Shown: piece after piece, positions 8,822 to 17,661 of the stretch
How positions within the stretch are numbered: position 1 is the first letter of the stretch
How the letters are laid out: every line of letters begins with the position of its first letter
NCBI GenBank assembly: GCA_040769125.1
Contig: JAXGLO010000001.1
Span: forward strand, 736,868-800,867
Length of the DNA: 64,000 bases
Direction: 5' to 3'
From: Thermoleophilia bacterium
GTDB taxonomy: Bacteria; Actinomycetota; Thermoleophilia; UBA2241
The notes under the pieces: generated by a model
Databases searched by the model: none
What the model saw: only the letters and a program-made list of their open reading frames with translations
Told to the model about the DNA's origin: nothing
Translations under genes and position numbers: made by a program

Positions 8822-9097
8822 TGCGGCCTCAGCTGCAGTTACAGTATAGAAAGTATACCTTTACGGCGTAGGAAGCAACCCTTGTTGCGGTTGGATGGTC
8901 ACTTTCTGCCGCTGGGATTCTTCGAGCATTCGCTGTGCCTCAGCGGCAATCGGCGCGCTGTGGAATAACTCCTTCAGGCCATCCGGCATTGTGGCCGTAC
9001 CGATCTACCTTGCCGTGATCGCTGTACTCTGGATCATCAGCGCGGCGCAGGCGCGGTGGTTCATCTATAGCGCTGACTTGGTCTGGAGTTCGGGGCA

Positions 9098-9457
9098 TCA
9101 CCCGCAGTCGCGTACCGACTGTCGGGTTGAGGCTCTAGTTGGGCGGGAAGCGGGGACGAGACGTACCTCGACCTTGCAGCCCACCGCTCGGGCGTACTTT
9201 TTCAGCGTCTCCACCGAGGGCGAGTGTTTGCTGAGGCCCTCCAGTCGGGAGACGGCGCTCTTCGTGGTGCCCATGCAGGCAGCTACCTGCTCCTGGGTGA
9301 GGCCGGCCTGGGCACGGGCGGCGAGAAGCTCGCGGACGAGTGCGTATTCGTCGGCGCGCTCAGCGTAGGCCTCGGCGAAGCCGTTGCGCTTCATGGCGCG
9401 GGCGAGGAACTCATCGTGGTCATGGGCGACCGCGTGGTACCTCTGCTCAGCCATCAC
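9098..9457 (-). CDS. HigA-like XRE-family HTH antitoxin
   Basis: HTH motif LTQEQVAACMGTTKSAVSRLE. The start overlaps the stop of the upstream toxin-like ORF, the layout of higBA and Gp49-type pairs in which the toxin comes first. Confidence 0.7.
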   Translation of the reverse strand: MMAEQRYHAVAHDHDEFLARAMKRNGFAEAYAERADEYALVRELLAARAQAGLTQEQVAACMGTTKSAVSRLEGLSKHSPSVETLKKYARAVGCKVEVRLVPASRPTRASTRQSVRDCG

Positions 9458-9647
9458 GTACCTCCTTCATGCGCCGGCGGGCGATCATGAGATCGTGCTT
9501 GGGCGTCACCCAAGGGGGCATGCGTAGGTCGGGACCGAGCTCAATGAGCAGCTCGATGAGGCGCGCGTAGTCGGCGAGGATGCCGGCCGGCCAGCGTTCG
9601 ATCTCCGCTAGGAGACGCTCGTTGAAGTGCTCGACGGAGTACGGCAT
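9447..9647 (-). CDS. Degenerate HigB-like (phage Gp49/DUF891-type) toxin, internally truncated to 66 aa
   Basis: The N-terminus MPYSVEHFNERLLAEIERWPAGILADYARLIELLIELGPDLRMP and the C-terminus IARRRMKEVRDG resemble the two ends of the ~110-aa Gp49-like killer family. The central beta-sheet core of roughly 45 aa is missing. Confidence 0.5.
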   Translation of the reverse strand: MPYSVEHFNERLLAEIERWPAGILADYARLIELLIELGPDLRMPPWVTPKHDLMIARRRMKEVRDG

Positions 9648-9814
9648 GGATGTAAGTTAGCGGATATGAGAACTCAGGCCAAGGACGAGACCGAAACGCC
9701 CTGCCGATCCCCTCGCGCGGCGCCGCGTTTCCTGCGGATTGAGCAAGCTATCAGCTACTTGTGGTACTCTTTGCCGAGTCACTGCAGAGATAAATCCCTG
9801 CAAATCAGCGCTTT

Positions 9815-9890
9815 GCCCTCGTAGCTCAGTGGATAGAGCACAGGTCTCCTAAACCTGGTGTCGAAGGTTCGATTCCTTCCGGGGGCACCA
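9815..9890 (+). tRNA. tRNA-Arg (anticodon CCT)
   Basis: Cloverleaf read in gccctcgtagctcagtggatagagcacaggtctCCTaaacctggtgtcgaaggttcgattccttccgggggcacca: 7-bp acceptor stem, D-arm GCTCAGTGGATAGAGC, anticodon loop cuCCUaa, T-arm GGTTCGATTCC, encoded CCA. Confidence 0.85.
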
Positions 9891-10020
9891 CCATAAGTAT
9901 CCGTGTGCGTACCTTGTCGGCCTTGGGCAGTACGAGGAAGCCTCGGTCTTCTTCCTCGCTTTGGCCGTCGGCGACAGGCGACTAGATGGAGACACCCAGG
10001 TAGTCTCTGACGCTGGCCCG

Positions 10021-10365
10021 TCACTCTTCAGGGACTGGCTCTTCCCCACAGTAGCGGGTGAGCGCAGCCTCAAGACCATCTTGGTCGGGCGTTGCCAGGT
10101 GAGCCTTCGTTTGGATCTTGGCCAGGGATGCGGATTCGAGGTGCACCCAGTCGATGGCGGCCAGCTTTCCATTTGCTATGGAATGCGTCGCGACGCCCGA
10201 CCCTAGCCGGCGAACATTGTCGGCTTCCATGGTTAGAAGTGGTCCGCGCGGAGCCTTCTTGTCGACGCCGACGGCGGCTATGAGCGCGGATCCCATGACG
10301 GGCGTGATCAACAGAATGCCTGCCCCGAGGCCTACCTCGTGTCCCGGCTTGCAATGGTCCATCAC
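10021..10365 (-). CDS. FmdE/FwdE-family domain protein, apparently N-terminally truncated
   Basis: Contains the FmdE-like motif DHCKPGHEVGLGAGILL (GHxCPG-type). The reading frame is open upstream to ~10470 with no ATG, GTG or TTG start, which suggests a remnant next to the tRNA. Confidence 0.4.
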   Translation of the reverse strand: MMDHCKPGHEVGLGAGILLITPVMGSALIAAVGVDKKAPRGPLLTMEADNVRRLGSGVATHSIANGKLAAIDWVHLESASLAKIQTKAHLATPDQDGLEAALTRYCGEEPVPEE

Positions 10366-10475
10366 CTCACGTGGATAGCAGCCTTGGATGTCTGCCAGGC
10401 TTCCCTCTGCGATAGCTGCACGCGCGAAGCAGTCGGAGTTTGCTACAAAGTCTACAGTTATAGCATAATATGTGA

Positions 10476-13400
10476 ATGGATGTGAATGACGGACAGCGCA
10501 ATTGGCTCAACGTTCGAGAGGTCGCTCAGCGGTTGGGCGTGCACGAGAACACAGTGCGGAATTGGACCAAGAAAGGCCTGCTGTCGGCAGCTCGCTTACC
10601 CGGATCCAGGTTCCACAGGTACGACCCGGGAGACGTAGAGAGACTCCTTCTTCAGAGAAAAAGCACTCCGACCTCGCTGTCGCGGCAGCGACTGACTATA
10701 GGGCCAGAACTTGTCAACGCCGGTCAGTTGCGCGCGTGGGCGGGAACGCGTGAGGCTCAGGCTGTGTTCCCCGAATTGATTCGGCGGCTCCTTACGCACA
10801 CGCCTGGCGTAACAAACATATCCATTCGGGCAGGCGATTCCGTGTCTGCACCTGGATGGGATGGTTGTGCGACCTCAGCCGGAACGACTTTCCTGCCGGC
10901 AGGCGAGTTGCGCTTTGAGTTCGGAGTCGATAAGTCGCCGAGGCGGAAAGCCGATCACGACTACAAGGTTCGTGTTCGCCAGCTCGATGGCGAGCCTTCT
11001 AATGCCACGTTCATCTTCGCGACGCCCCGACGGTTCAACAACGCATCAAAATGGGCTGAGAGCAGACAGTCGGAAGGTGCTTTTGCAGGCGTTCGCGTGC
11101 TCGATGCGGACGACCTAGAAGGCTGGCTGCAGACCACGCCCGTTGTCCATCAGTGGATTTCGGAACAGCTCGGCCGGAGGCCAAGCGATGCCCGGACTCT
11201 CGATGAATGGTGGGCTCGGTTTCGAGAGCGTACGAAGCCTCCTCTCCATCCTGGCATTTTCCTAGCGGGCAGAGAGCGCGAGCAGAAGATGCTGGGCGAG
11301 TTCCTTGAGGGCCCACCGGGCGTTCTTTCAGTTCGTGCTCCTTGGCGCGATGAGGCGATCGCGTTCGTGGCGGCAGTGACGGCTGCTCGAGCGAGCCAGG
11401 GCTTGGTGGACTCCATTGGGGTCATCATCAGTTCCGCCGAGGCGTGGGACCGGGTTGTCGATCAGGTGGGGTATGGCACCCTGCTGCCTCTCATCGAGGC
11501 CCCAGGAGTGGCGCGGGCATTGGATCGTGGACATCACGTCATCCTCCCGATTGCGCTGGACGCGATACCTCGAGGCGACACCATCGACCTTCCGCGACCA
11601 GATCGCAACGGCATAATAGAACTTCTCGAAGAGGCTGGGATCTCGTCGCACCGTGGGCACAGGCTTGCTGCCCTGGCCAGGCGCAGCATGCCTTCCTTCA
11701 TTAGGGAGTTGGCGGTCGATCGCACCCTGAATCGTCCGGAGTGGGCCAGCCCTCATGCTGCGCACATTGTGGCTCCTCTCGTCCTTGTGGGTTCATGGAC
11801 AGATACCGAGGCTGACGTCGGAATCGTCGAGAGACTAGTCGGGAGGTCTTGGTCAGACATTGAGCGCACACTACGTGCGCTGAGTGCCACGGAAGATCCG
11901 CCGTTCCTCAGTCGAAGCCGGCGGTGGTATCTCGCTTCGCCACAGGAAGCCATTCTCGTGCTTGCAAGTTTGATTACGGCCGAGGACCTCGCTCGCTGGC
12001 GCGAGGCAGTGTTCGATGTTCTCCTGGAGGTGGACCCCCGGCTGGATCTGAGTCCCCATGATCGCTCCATGGCTGCCGTGACCGGATCAGTGCGCCGCTT
12101 TTCGGGCGCCTTGCGCAAGGGGATCGCTCAAGGTGTCGCTCTTGTTGGGACCCTGTATGACTACCGATTGAGTGGCGGGCAATGCGGCGCAGATCATGCT
12201 CGGGTGCTCGTGCGCGAGATTCTGACTCGTGCGAATGCCGACACAACAGGCCGCACCTGGCAGTCACTCGAGGATGTGCTTCCGCTTTTAGCTGAAGCGG
12301 CGCCGAACGAGTTTCTTGAAGCAGTTCACCTTGATCTCGACCGGGAGGAGCCACTCTTGCGCGACATGTTCCAGGATCGCGATGAGGGTGACCCACTCTC
12401 CTCCTGGTCACCGCACACGGGTCTACTCTGGGCACTTGAGGTGCTCTGCTGGTCTCCCGACTATTTGGCGGATGCGACTTGGGCTCTAGCTCGGCTGGAC
12501 GCCATTGATCCTGGAGGCAGGTTGTCCAATAGGCCATTGAGGAGCTTGGGTAGCGTCCTCGCAGGGCGGGTGCGCCAGACCTGCGCATCGCTCGAAACGC
12601 GTGTGTCGGCTGTGAAAGCAATCTGCCAGCGTGTGCCCGAGACGGGCTGGCAGCTGCTCCTTGCCCTTTGGCCCAGTCATGATTCATGGGCCATGCCGCC
12701 CGTCTCGCCTAAGTTCGAGGACTGGGAACCGGAGAGCAAGAACGTCCTCTTTGTCGAGTACGTCGAGTTCATTGGCGAGCTTGTCCGGCTGGGCGTTCAG
12801 ATGGCCGGCCATGATGCGGTGCGATGGGCTGAGCTGAGCGGCAGGCTCGGCTCACTTCCTCCTAGCGAGCGCGACGAACTGCTGGCGGCTTTCGAGGAGG
12901 TAGTCCAGGATCCGGAAGGCTTCAACAAAGATGAGCGACTCCTGTTATGGGAGCAGCTGCGCCAAACGGTGGAGCGTCACAGGCGCTACCCCACAGCGGA
13001 TTGGTCTCTGAAAAGAGCGCCGCTGGTGCGAATGCAGGCCATTGTTGATCATCTGGAGCCGGTCGATGCAGCGGCACGACTTGCCTACCTGTTTGACTGG
13101 CGTCCTGATTTACCCGGGGTCAATCCGCTCGATCACACCGTGTACGACCGCGAGCTTCTTGATCGCCAGACCCGCGCCCTCGTCGAAGTTTTGCATGACT
13201 CGATCGGCGGCCTCGATCGGCTAGTAGGGCGAAGCCCAGCCCCGGAGATGGTGGGGCGGGCACTTGCCGGAGTCGATTCAGAGGACCTGATTCCTGACTT
13301 GCTGGCATGGATTGTCTCTGATGATGAGAAGCGGCAGAAGTGTGCGAGCGCATGGGCTGTACGGAAGATTCAGGATCACGGAGTGGCGTGGCTGCGCATG

Positions 13401-14453
13401 GCGTTGGCCCTGGAGGGCGCTGCACTTCCAGCGTGTCGCGAGCAGCTTGCGCTCAGCGCAACGCCTAACAGGGAGGTGTGGGACTTGCTGGCAGAGGTCG
13501 ACGCAGAATTGAGCGACGCCTACTGGCAGCAGGTGAGCATATGGCAGCTCGCTCCCGGGGACGTTGAGCGCGCAGTGACTGAGCTGATGTCTCGCGGGCG
13601 GCCATGGGCGGCTCTGGCGCCAATTGCTCTTCATATTCACGATGCCGACGAGGCCACCATTATGGTCACCCCAGATCTCGTGCAGGGGCTGCTTGACGCG
13701 ATGCTGCGTACGGCTCCGGGAGACGCCGCGTCCCAGGCTCCTGGGGATGAAGTGGAGATTCTCCTCGACTACCTAGAGAGCCATGTTGACGCAAGCGTTG
13801 TCGCCCGCTACGAGTTCGGCTTTTTTCCATTACTGGAGTACTGGCGCCAGCCTCGCTCGCTGTTCGCGGTGCTCGCTCGTGATCCGGATGAGTTTGTTGC
13901 GCTGGTACAGCTGGCTTATCGCGGTAAGGACGAGTCAAAGCGCTCGCTAGACGAGCGCGATCAGGCATTAGCGCGGTGTGCCTTCCGGGTTCTTGAGCAC
14001 TGGAAAGGCACCTTCCCTGGGTATGAGGGCGGGACGCTTCGCATGGACGGACTGAGGCAATGGGTTCGACAGGCTCGGGACGCCTTGGCGGAATCCAACA
14101 GGGCAGATATCGGAGACGAGCAGATTGGTCAGGTTCTTGCGCGAAGCGCCGTCGGTGCCGATGGCATTTGGCCAGCGGAAGGCGTGAGGGAACTGATCGA
14201 GGAGATCGGCAGCGAGGGGCTGGAGACGGGCCTGTACATCGGTCTCCGCAATCAACGTGGCGTCACTAGCCGGAGGCCGTTCGAGGGCGGACAGCAAGAA
14301 CGCGATCTGGCGGCGAAATATCGTGCCTGGGAGAAGCAGACAGCGGGGCGGTGGCGTCGTACGAGCCGCCTTCTGCGGTGCGTGGCCGAGAGCTACGAGC
14401 GAGATGCCCGGCGCTGGGATGATGACGCAGAGCTGTTGGCTGATACGGACTGA
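10476..14453 (+). CDS. Large (1325 aa) protein with an N-terminal excisionase/MerR-type HTH and a C-terminal region of unknown function
   Basis: Uninterrupted 3978-nt ORF. The N-terminal motif LNVREVAQRLGVHENTVRNWTKKGLL ... RYDPGDVERL is HTH_17-like. The remainder is alpha-helical and Trp/Leu-rich. It contains a P-loop-like but lysine-less segment, LEGPPGVLSVRAPWRDEAIAFVAAV. I find no intact Walker A, helicase or nuclease motifs. Confidence 0.85.
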   Translation: MDVNDGQRNWLNVREVAQRLGVHENTVRNWTKKGLLSAARLPGSRFHRYDPGDVERLLLQRKSTPTSLSRQRLTIGPELVNAGQLRAWAGTREAQAVFPELIRRLLTHTPGVTNISIRAGDSVSAPGWDGCATSAGTTFLPAGELRFEFGVDKSPRRKADHDYKVRVRQLDGEPSNATFIFATPRRFNNASKWAESRQSEGAFAGVRVLDADDLEGWLQTTPVVHQWISEQLGRRPSDARTLDEWWARFRERTKPPLHPGIFLAGREREQKMLGEFLEGPPGVLSVRAPWRDEAIAFVAAVTAARASQGLVDSIGVIISSAEAWDRVVDQVGYGTLLPLIEAPGVARALDRGHHVILPIALDAIPRGDTIDLPRPDRNGIIELLEEAGISSHRGHRLAALARRSMPSFIRELAVDRTLNRPEWASPHAAHIVAPLVLVGSWTDTEADVGIVERLVGRSWSDIERTLRALSATEDPPFLSRSRRWYLASPQEAILVLASLITAEDLARWREAVFDVLLEVDPRLDLSPHDRSMAAVTGSVRRFSGALRKGIAQGVALVGTLYDYRLSGGQCGADHARVLVREILTRANADTTGRTWQSLEDVLPLLAEAAPNEFLEAVHLDLDREEPLLRDMFQDRDEGDPLSSWSPHTGLLWALEVLCWSPDYLADATWALARLDAIDPGGRLSNRPLRSLGSVLAGRVRQTCASLETRVSAVKAICQRVPETGWQLLLALWPSHDSWAMPPVSPKFEDWEPESKNVLFVEYVEFIGELVRLGVQMAGHDAVRWAELSGRLGSLPPSERDELLAAFEEVVQDPEGFNKDERLLLWEQLRQTVERHRRYPTADWSLKRAPLVRMQAIVDHLEPVDAAARLAYLFDWRPDLPGVNPLDHTVYDRELLDRQTRALVEVLHDSIGGLDRLVGRSPAPEMVGRALAGVDSEDLIPDLLAWIVSDDEKRQKCASAWAVRKIQDHGVAWLRMALALEGAALPACREQLALSATPNREVWDLLAEVDAELSDAYWQQVSIWQLAPGDVERAVTELMSRGRPWAALAPIALHIHDADEATIMVTPDLVQGLLDAMLRTAPGDAASQAPGDEVEILLDYLESHVDASVVARYEFGFFPLLEYWRQPRSLFAVLARDPDEFVALVQLAYRGKDESKRSLDERDQALARCAFRVLEHWKGTFPGYEGGTLRMDGLRQWVRQARDALAESNRADIGDEQIGQVLARSAVGADGIWPAEGVRELIEEIGSEGLETGLYIGLRNQRGVTSRRPFEGGQQERDLAAKYRAWEKQTAGRWRRTSRLLRCVAESYERDARRWDDDAELLADTD

Positions 14454-14567
14454 GTGCCGCGCAGTCGGCAGCACTACTGACACCGGCTGGCGCTGGCTTC
14501 ACGCCGGCAAGCTCGCGAACCGGCCGTACATCAGGCGCTTCTGCGCTCCTCAGACGTCGTGTAGGCC

Positions 14568-14677
14568 TGTGCACGGCGCCTGGCTCGCAGCCGAATCCTG
14601 CTTACGAGTCGCTCCTTAATGGCTTGTCGCGATCTCGTTACCGCAACCTCCGTCACCCAGCAGTGATAGCGTGCCAG
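14568..14677. repeat. Copy 1 of a ~110-nt imperfect direct repeat (about 80% identity to 19053..19162)
   Basis: tgtgcacggcgcc...cgagtcgctcct...cctccgtcacccagcagtgatagcgtgccag; the final ~40 nt are nearly identical between copies. Confidence 0.75.
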
Positions 14678-14721
14678 CCGATTGACAGGCGCATATTCCT
14701 TCCGGATAGGGGGGTGTTGAT

Positions 14722-15669
14722 GTGACGCGCAAGCGTTGGCTCATGCTTGTTGCCGTGGCGGCCGTGGCGATCATCGCCGGTGTGCTGGCGTGGGGGCTGA
14801 GTGGCTCAACGCTCACGGCCACCGTAGTCGACAAGCGAACCGGCGAGCCGCTGCCGAAGGTCGTCGCTAAGGTGGACGATGAGTCCATCTCTACGTCAGA
14901 TGGACGAGTCGACGTCAAGATTGCGCTCGGGACGCACACAGTCGAGTTTGCAGCGGCGGGCTACGAGACCGTCTCGCGCACAGTGGAAGCGCGCATCTTC
15001 CGCGCGGCCGATCTTGGCGAAGTGCCCCTGCGCAATGCAGATCTGGTCATCAAGGTGGTCGAGAACTTCCCCGGTGAACCACCGGTCAAGGCGGCCAGGC
15101 TTGAGGTCGCCGGTGAGACCAGCATGGTGCGACGGGGTGACGCGGTGACAATCGAGGGCCTGGCAATCGGCCCGACTACGCTGAAGGCTACAGCCAGGGA
15201 CTACGAACCTACGAACGTCGAGCTCGAGCTAACGCCGGGGTCGAACGAAGTCGTTGTCAGCCTGACCCCCGAGATGCTCGTTGTCGTGCGGCGGGCGATA
15301 CAGGCCTCTTTCGACCACGACCACTTGCTGAACTGGGAGCTCCTGCATCCGGATCGCCAACGGCTGCACGGCTCGCGGGCCGCATACCTCAAGAAGAGGC
15401 GAAGGGCTGTTGATGAGCTGCTCGACGAGGGCATCGTCCCCCAGCGCTTTAAGGTCTTGACCCCCTTCTTCGTCAAGCGCTACCACGACAAGGCCACCGG
15501 CAAGACTTACAAGGATGCCTACCGCGTGCCCATCACGATATGGGCGGGAGCCCCTCAGCTGGCCATCTTCAACATGAAGTCGATGGCCGTGACACAGGAC
15601 AGCTACTGGGTGAAGACGGATGAGGGTCGCTGGGTAAGCCTCGGTGACGGTGAATCGGTGGACAAGTAG
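14722..15669 (+). CDS. Membrane-anchored protein with carboxypeptidase-regulatory-like (Ig-like) domains
   Basis: N-terminal TM/signal anchor WLMLVAVAAVAIIAGVLAW, then TATVVDKRTGEPLPKVVAKVDD ... GTHTVEFAAAGYETVSRTVEA, which is typical of CarbopepD_reg-like folds. Confidence 0.75.
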   Translation: MTRKRWLMLVAVAAVAIIAGVLAWGLSGSTLTATVVDKRTGEPLPKVVAKVDDESISTSDGRVDVKIALGTHTVEFAAAGYETVSRTVEARIFRAADLGEVPLRNADLVIKVVENFPGEPPVKAARLEVAGETSMVRRGDAVTIEGLAIGPTTLKATARDYEPTNVELELTPGSNEVVVSLTPEMLVVVRRAIQASFDHDHLLNWELLHPDRQRLHGSRAAYLKKRRRAVDELLDEGIVPQRFKVLTPFFVKRYHDKATGKTYKDAYRVPITIWAGAPQLAIFNMKSMAVTQDSYWVKTDEGRWVSLGDGESVDK

Positions 15670-15809
15670 AGTCCCGGCCTCTCGCCCAGAACAGCATCGT
15701 GAAGCAGGGGAACGGCGGTCTCGCAAAGTCATCACTGTGTGGAGTGCCGGCGCCGCTGGCGTGACCTTCCCTATTGGCAACGGTGTGTCGAATAGAGCGC
15801 CCTGTACAG

Positions 15810-16118
15810 GTGATCTTGAGGGCAGATAGGTTGAGGGGTGGTGTGGCGGGCTTTGGTCTGGTGCTTGTGTCAGCGGGACTTGCTTCCTGCAATGGGAGAG
15901 CTGTCGTGTCGTACTCCAAGGCTGGAGCGAGGAGGCCGGCATGCCTGACCTGTGCGAGACGCTTCTACTCGAGAGCAGCTGGACGTCCTGATTGCGGAGC
16001 TTACGGCGCTGCGCTTCGAGATGCCTCTGTTGAAGGACCGGTGAGGGAGCGTTGGGCGTGCGGCATCCTGCAGTTCAGCCGAAGCGAAGGGCCGTTCGAG
16101 GAGCGAGGCGATGAGTGA
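15810..16118 (+). CDS. Putative small Cys-rich lipoprotein
   Basis: The GTG at 15810 gives a signal peptide ILRADRLRGGVAGFGLVLVSAGLASC with lipobox L-A-S-C. The stop TGA overlaps the ATG of the next gene (gATGAgtga). The track ORF starts at ATG 15774. Confidence 0.35.
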   Translation: MILRADRLRGGVAGFGLVLVSAGLASCNGRAVVSYSKAGARRPACLTCARRFYSRAAGRPDCGAYGAALRDASVEGPVRERWACGILQFSRSEGPFEERGDE

Positions 16119-16821
16119 CCCGGTCGATGTCCTTGAACCCAATCCGATCTTAGGGTTGATCAAGTTCGGCGCCGCTGCCCACCTGCGCGAACTGTGCCTC
16201 CAAGGGCGCCTTTTCATGAATGCGCTGAACTACTTCAGGCAGCTGAATGATGATCCGGCGCGAGGCGACGGCGATGAGGGCCTCATGTACTGTTATCAGC
16301 CCTCTCGTACTGCAGTGGAGGTCCGAGCGAAAGGCACCTGGCAACGAGTCGGGGGTATCGTTGGTCCCATCAAGTGCCGCGAGGGGAACGGCACGAACGG
16401 GAACCTGTTCTGCATGTTCGCGCTCAGAGCAAGCCATGCTGTGGCCTTTGCTGAGGCGAGGCGCCCGCTCATCGACGAGCGAAACCGGGCTTTCGGAGAC
16501 AGCGCTGTCGTCATCACTGACGTCGACGAGTTCCTGCGGCGTGTGACCGTCGCCACAGAGCGGGAAGGTCTGAGGCTGTACGCAAGACCTGTTAACTACG
16601 TCAACCAGCACAGCTACCATGGGCCCATGGGGTTCTTTCGCAAGTTCTCCGACTACTCATATCAGAGCGAGTTCCGACTGCTGGTCAAACCAGGGTGCAC
16701 TGGCCCGCGCTCCCTTGAGTTGGGCTCGATCGAGGACATCGCGGTGATGGTGGCCTCGGAGAGCATCAACAGCCTGCTCCGGGTGAGATCGGATGACGGA
16801 GGAGTGTACGGCCCTCCATGA
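16111..16821 (+). CDS. Hypothetical protein (236 aa), candidate effector
   Basis: Clean ORF coupled to the upstream ORF. Its N-terminal pattern LGLIKFGAAAHLRELCLQGRLFMNALNYFRQL resembles conserved N-termini of several phage-defence-associated families, but I cannot assign it to one. Confidence 0.7.
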   Translation: MSDPVDVLEPNPILGLIKFGAAAHLRELCLQGRLFMNALNYFRQLNDDPARGDGDEGLMYCYQPSRTAVEVRAKGTWQRVGGIVGPIKCREGNGTNGNLFCMFALRASHAVAFAEARRPLIDERNRAFGDSAVVITDVDEFLRRVTVATEREGLRLYARPVNYVNQHSYHGPMGFFRKFSDYSYQSEFRLLVKPGCTGPRSLELGSIEDIAVMVASESINSLLRVRSDDGGVYGPP

Positions 16822-16888
16822 TGCCGCGCCGTGCGCTGATGGTGGCGATGTGATGTCAGTAGGGGCTGTCCAAAGAACGGAGGGATTG

Positions 16889-17458
16889 ATGATTGTTCTG
16901 GATGTTCGGCTCGTTGGCTGCGAGTTCGAGGAGGCTGACGTCGCCGCCGTGCGCCGCGAGTCCACCTCGGTCTTGGCGCTGAGGGCGACTGGCCGGGGTT
17001 CGACAGGGGCCGGCCCAGGGCTCGAGGTCACAACGGTCATCTACTTTATTGGCGGGTCTTTCGTGGGCTTTGTGCTCGAGAAGGTCTTCGACGCCGTCTG
17101 GGAGCGGCTGAGGAGTGCCTGGACTCGCTTTCGTGACGACCGCAGGAGTCGGCAGCGGTCTGATCCGACCTTCGGCAGGGTGGTCATCCGCACGGATGAT
17201 ATGGAGGTCGAGATCAGGCGTCTGGACGCCGACATTGAGCCCCCCGATCTCAGCGGGCTCCTTGAGCTAGTCGCGAATCGTCTCGAGAGCGGGTCACTTC
17301 GCGAGGTGCCCGTCGACAGCATCACGATCCCGCCGCCGCGCTCGGTGGGAGGTCCTCGCGACCGGGCTCAGGATTCGCAACTCTGGTATGTGGTGGCTCG
17401 CTCGATTGAGGGGCGCTGGGGACTCTACGATGCCGGCGAGGATCGCTGGCTGGACTGA
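16889..17458 (+). CDS. Hypothetical protein (189 aa from the ATG at 16889)
   Basis: Strong RBS (ACGGAGGG, 5 nt before the ATG at 16889). Longer in-frame alternatives at 16853 and 16793 overlap the preceding gene. One hydrophobic segment, VTTVIYFIGGSFVGFVL. Confidence 0.55.
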   Translation: MIVLDVRLVGCEFEEADVAAVRRESTSVLALRATGRGSTGAGPGLEVTTVIYFIGGSFVGFVLEKVFDAVWERLRSAWTRFRDDRRSRQRSDPTFGRVVIRTDDMEVEIRRLDADIEPPDLSGLLELVANRLESGSLREVPVDSITIPPPRSVGGPRDRAQDSQLWYVVARSIEGRWGLYDAGEDRWLD

Positions 17459-17661
17459 ACTGGTGGCGCCAACGTCCTTGATCTGGGCCTGGCGCTCGTT
17501 TCTCAATTAGCCTTCGGGCTTGCCAGCACGCCGTTGGTAGCAGCTCCACGTGCAGATCTTCTTACCTGGGTGGATGTTATGGAAGCCTGTGCAGCGAGGC
17601 TTTCGTGAGAACGGGCGCCCTCCCGCGCTTTAGTAGGTACGATGATCGATGTAATGAGGCG

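Noticed and set aside
8822-8880. Putative brnTA promoter/operator with direct repeat GTATACTTTCTATACTGTA
   Set aside because: Plausible as a BrnA operator and -10 element, but spacing to any -35 is ambiguous and I cannot support it beyond pattern resemblance.
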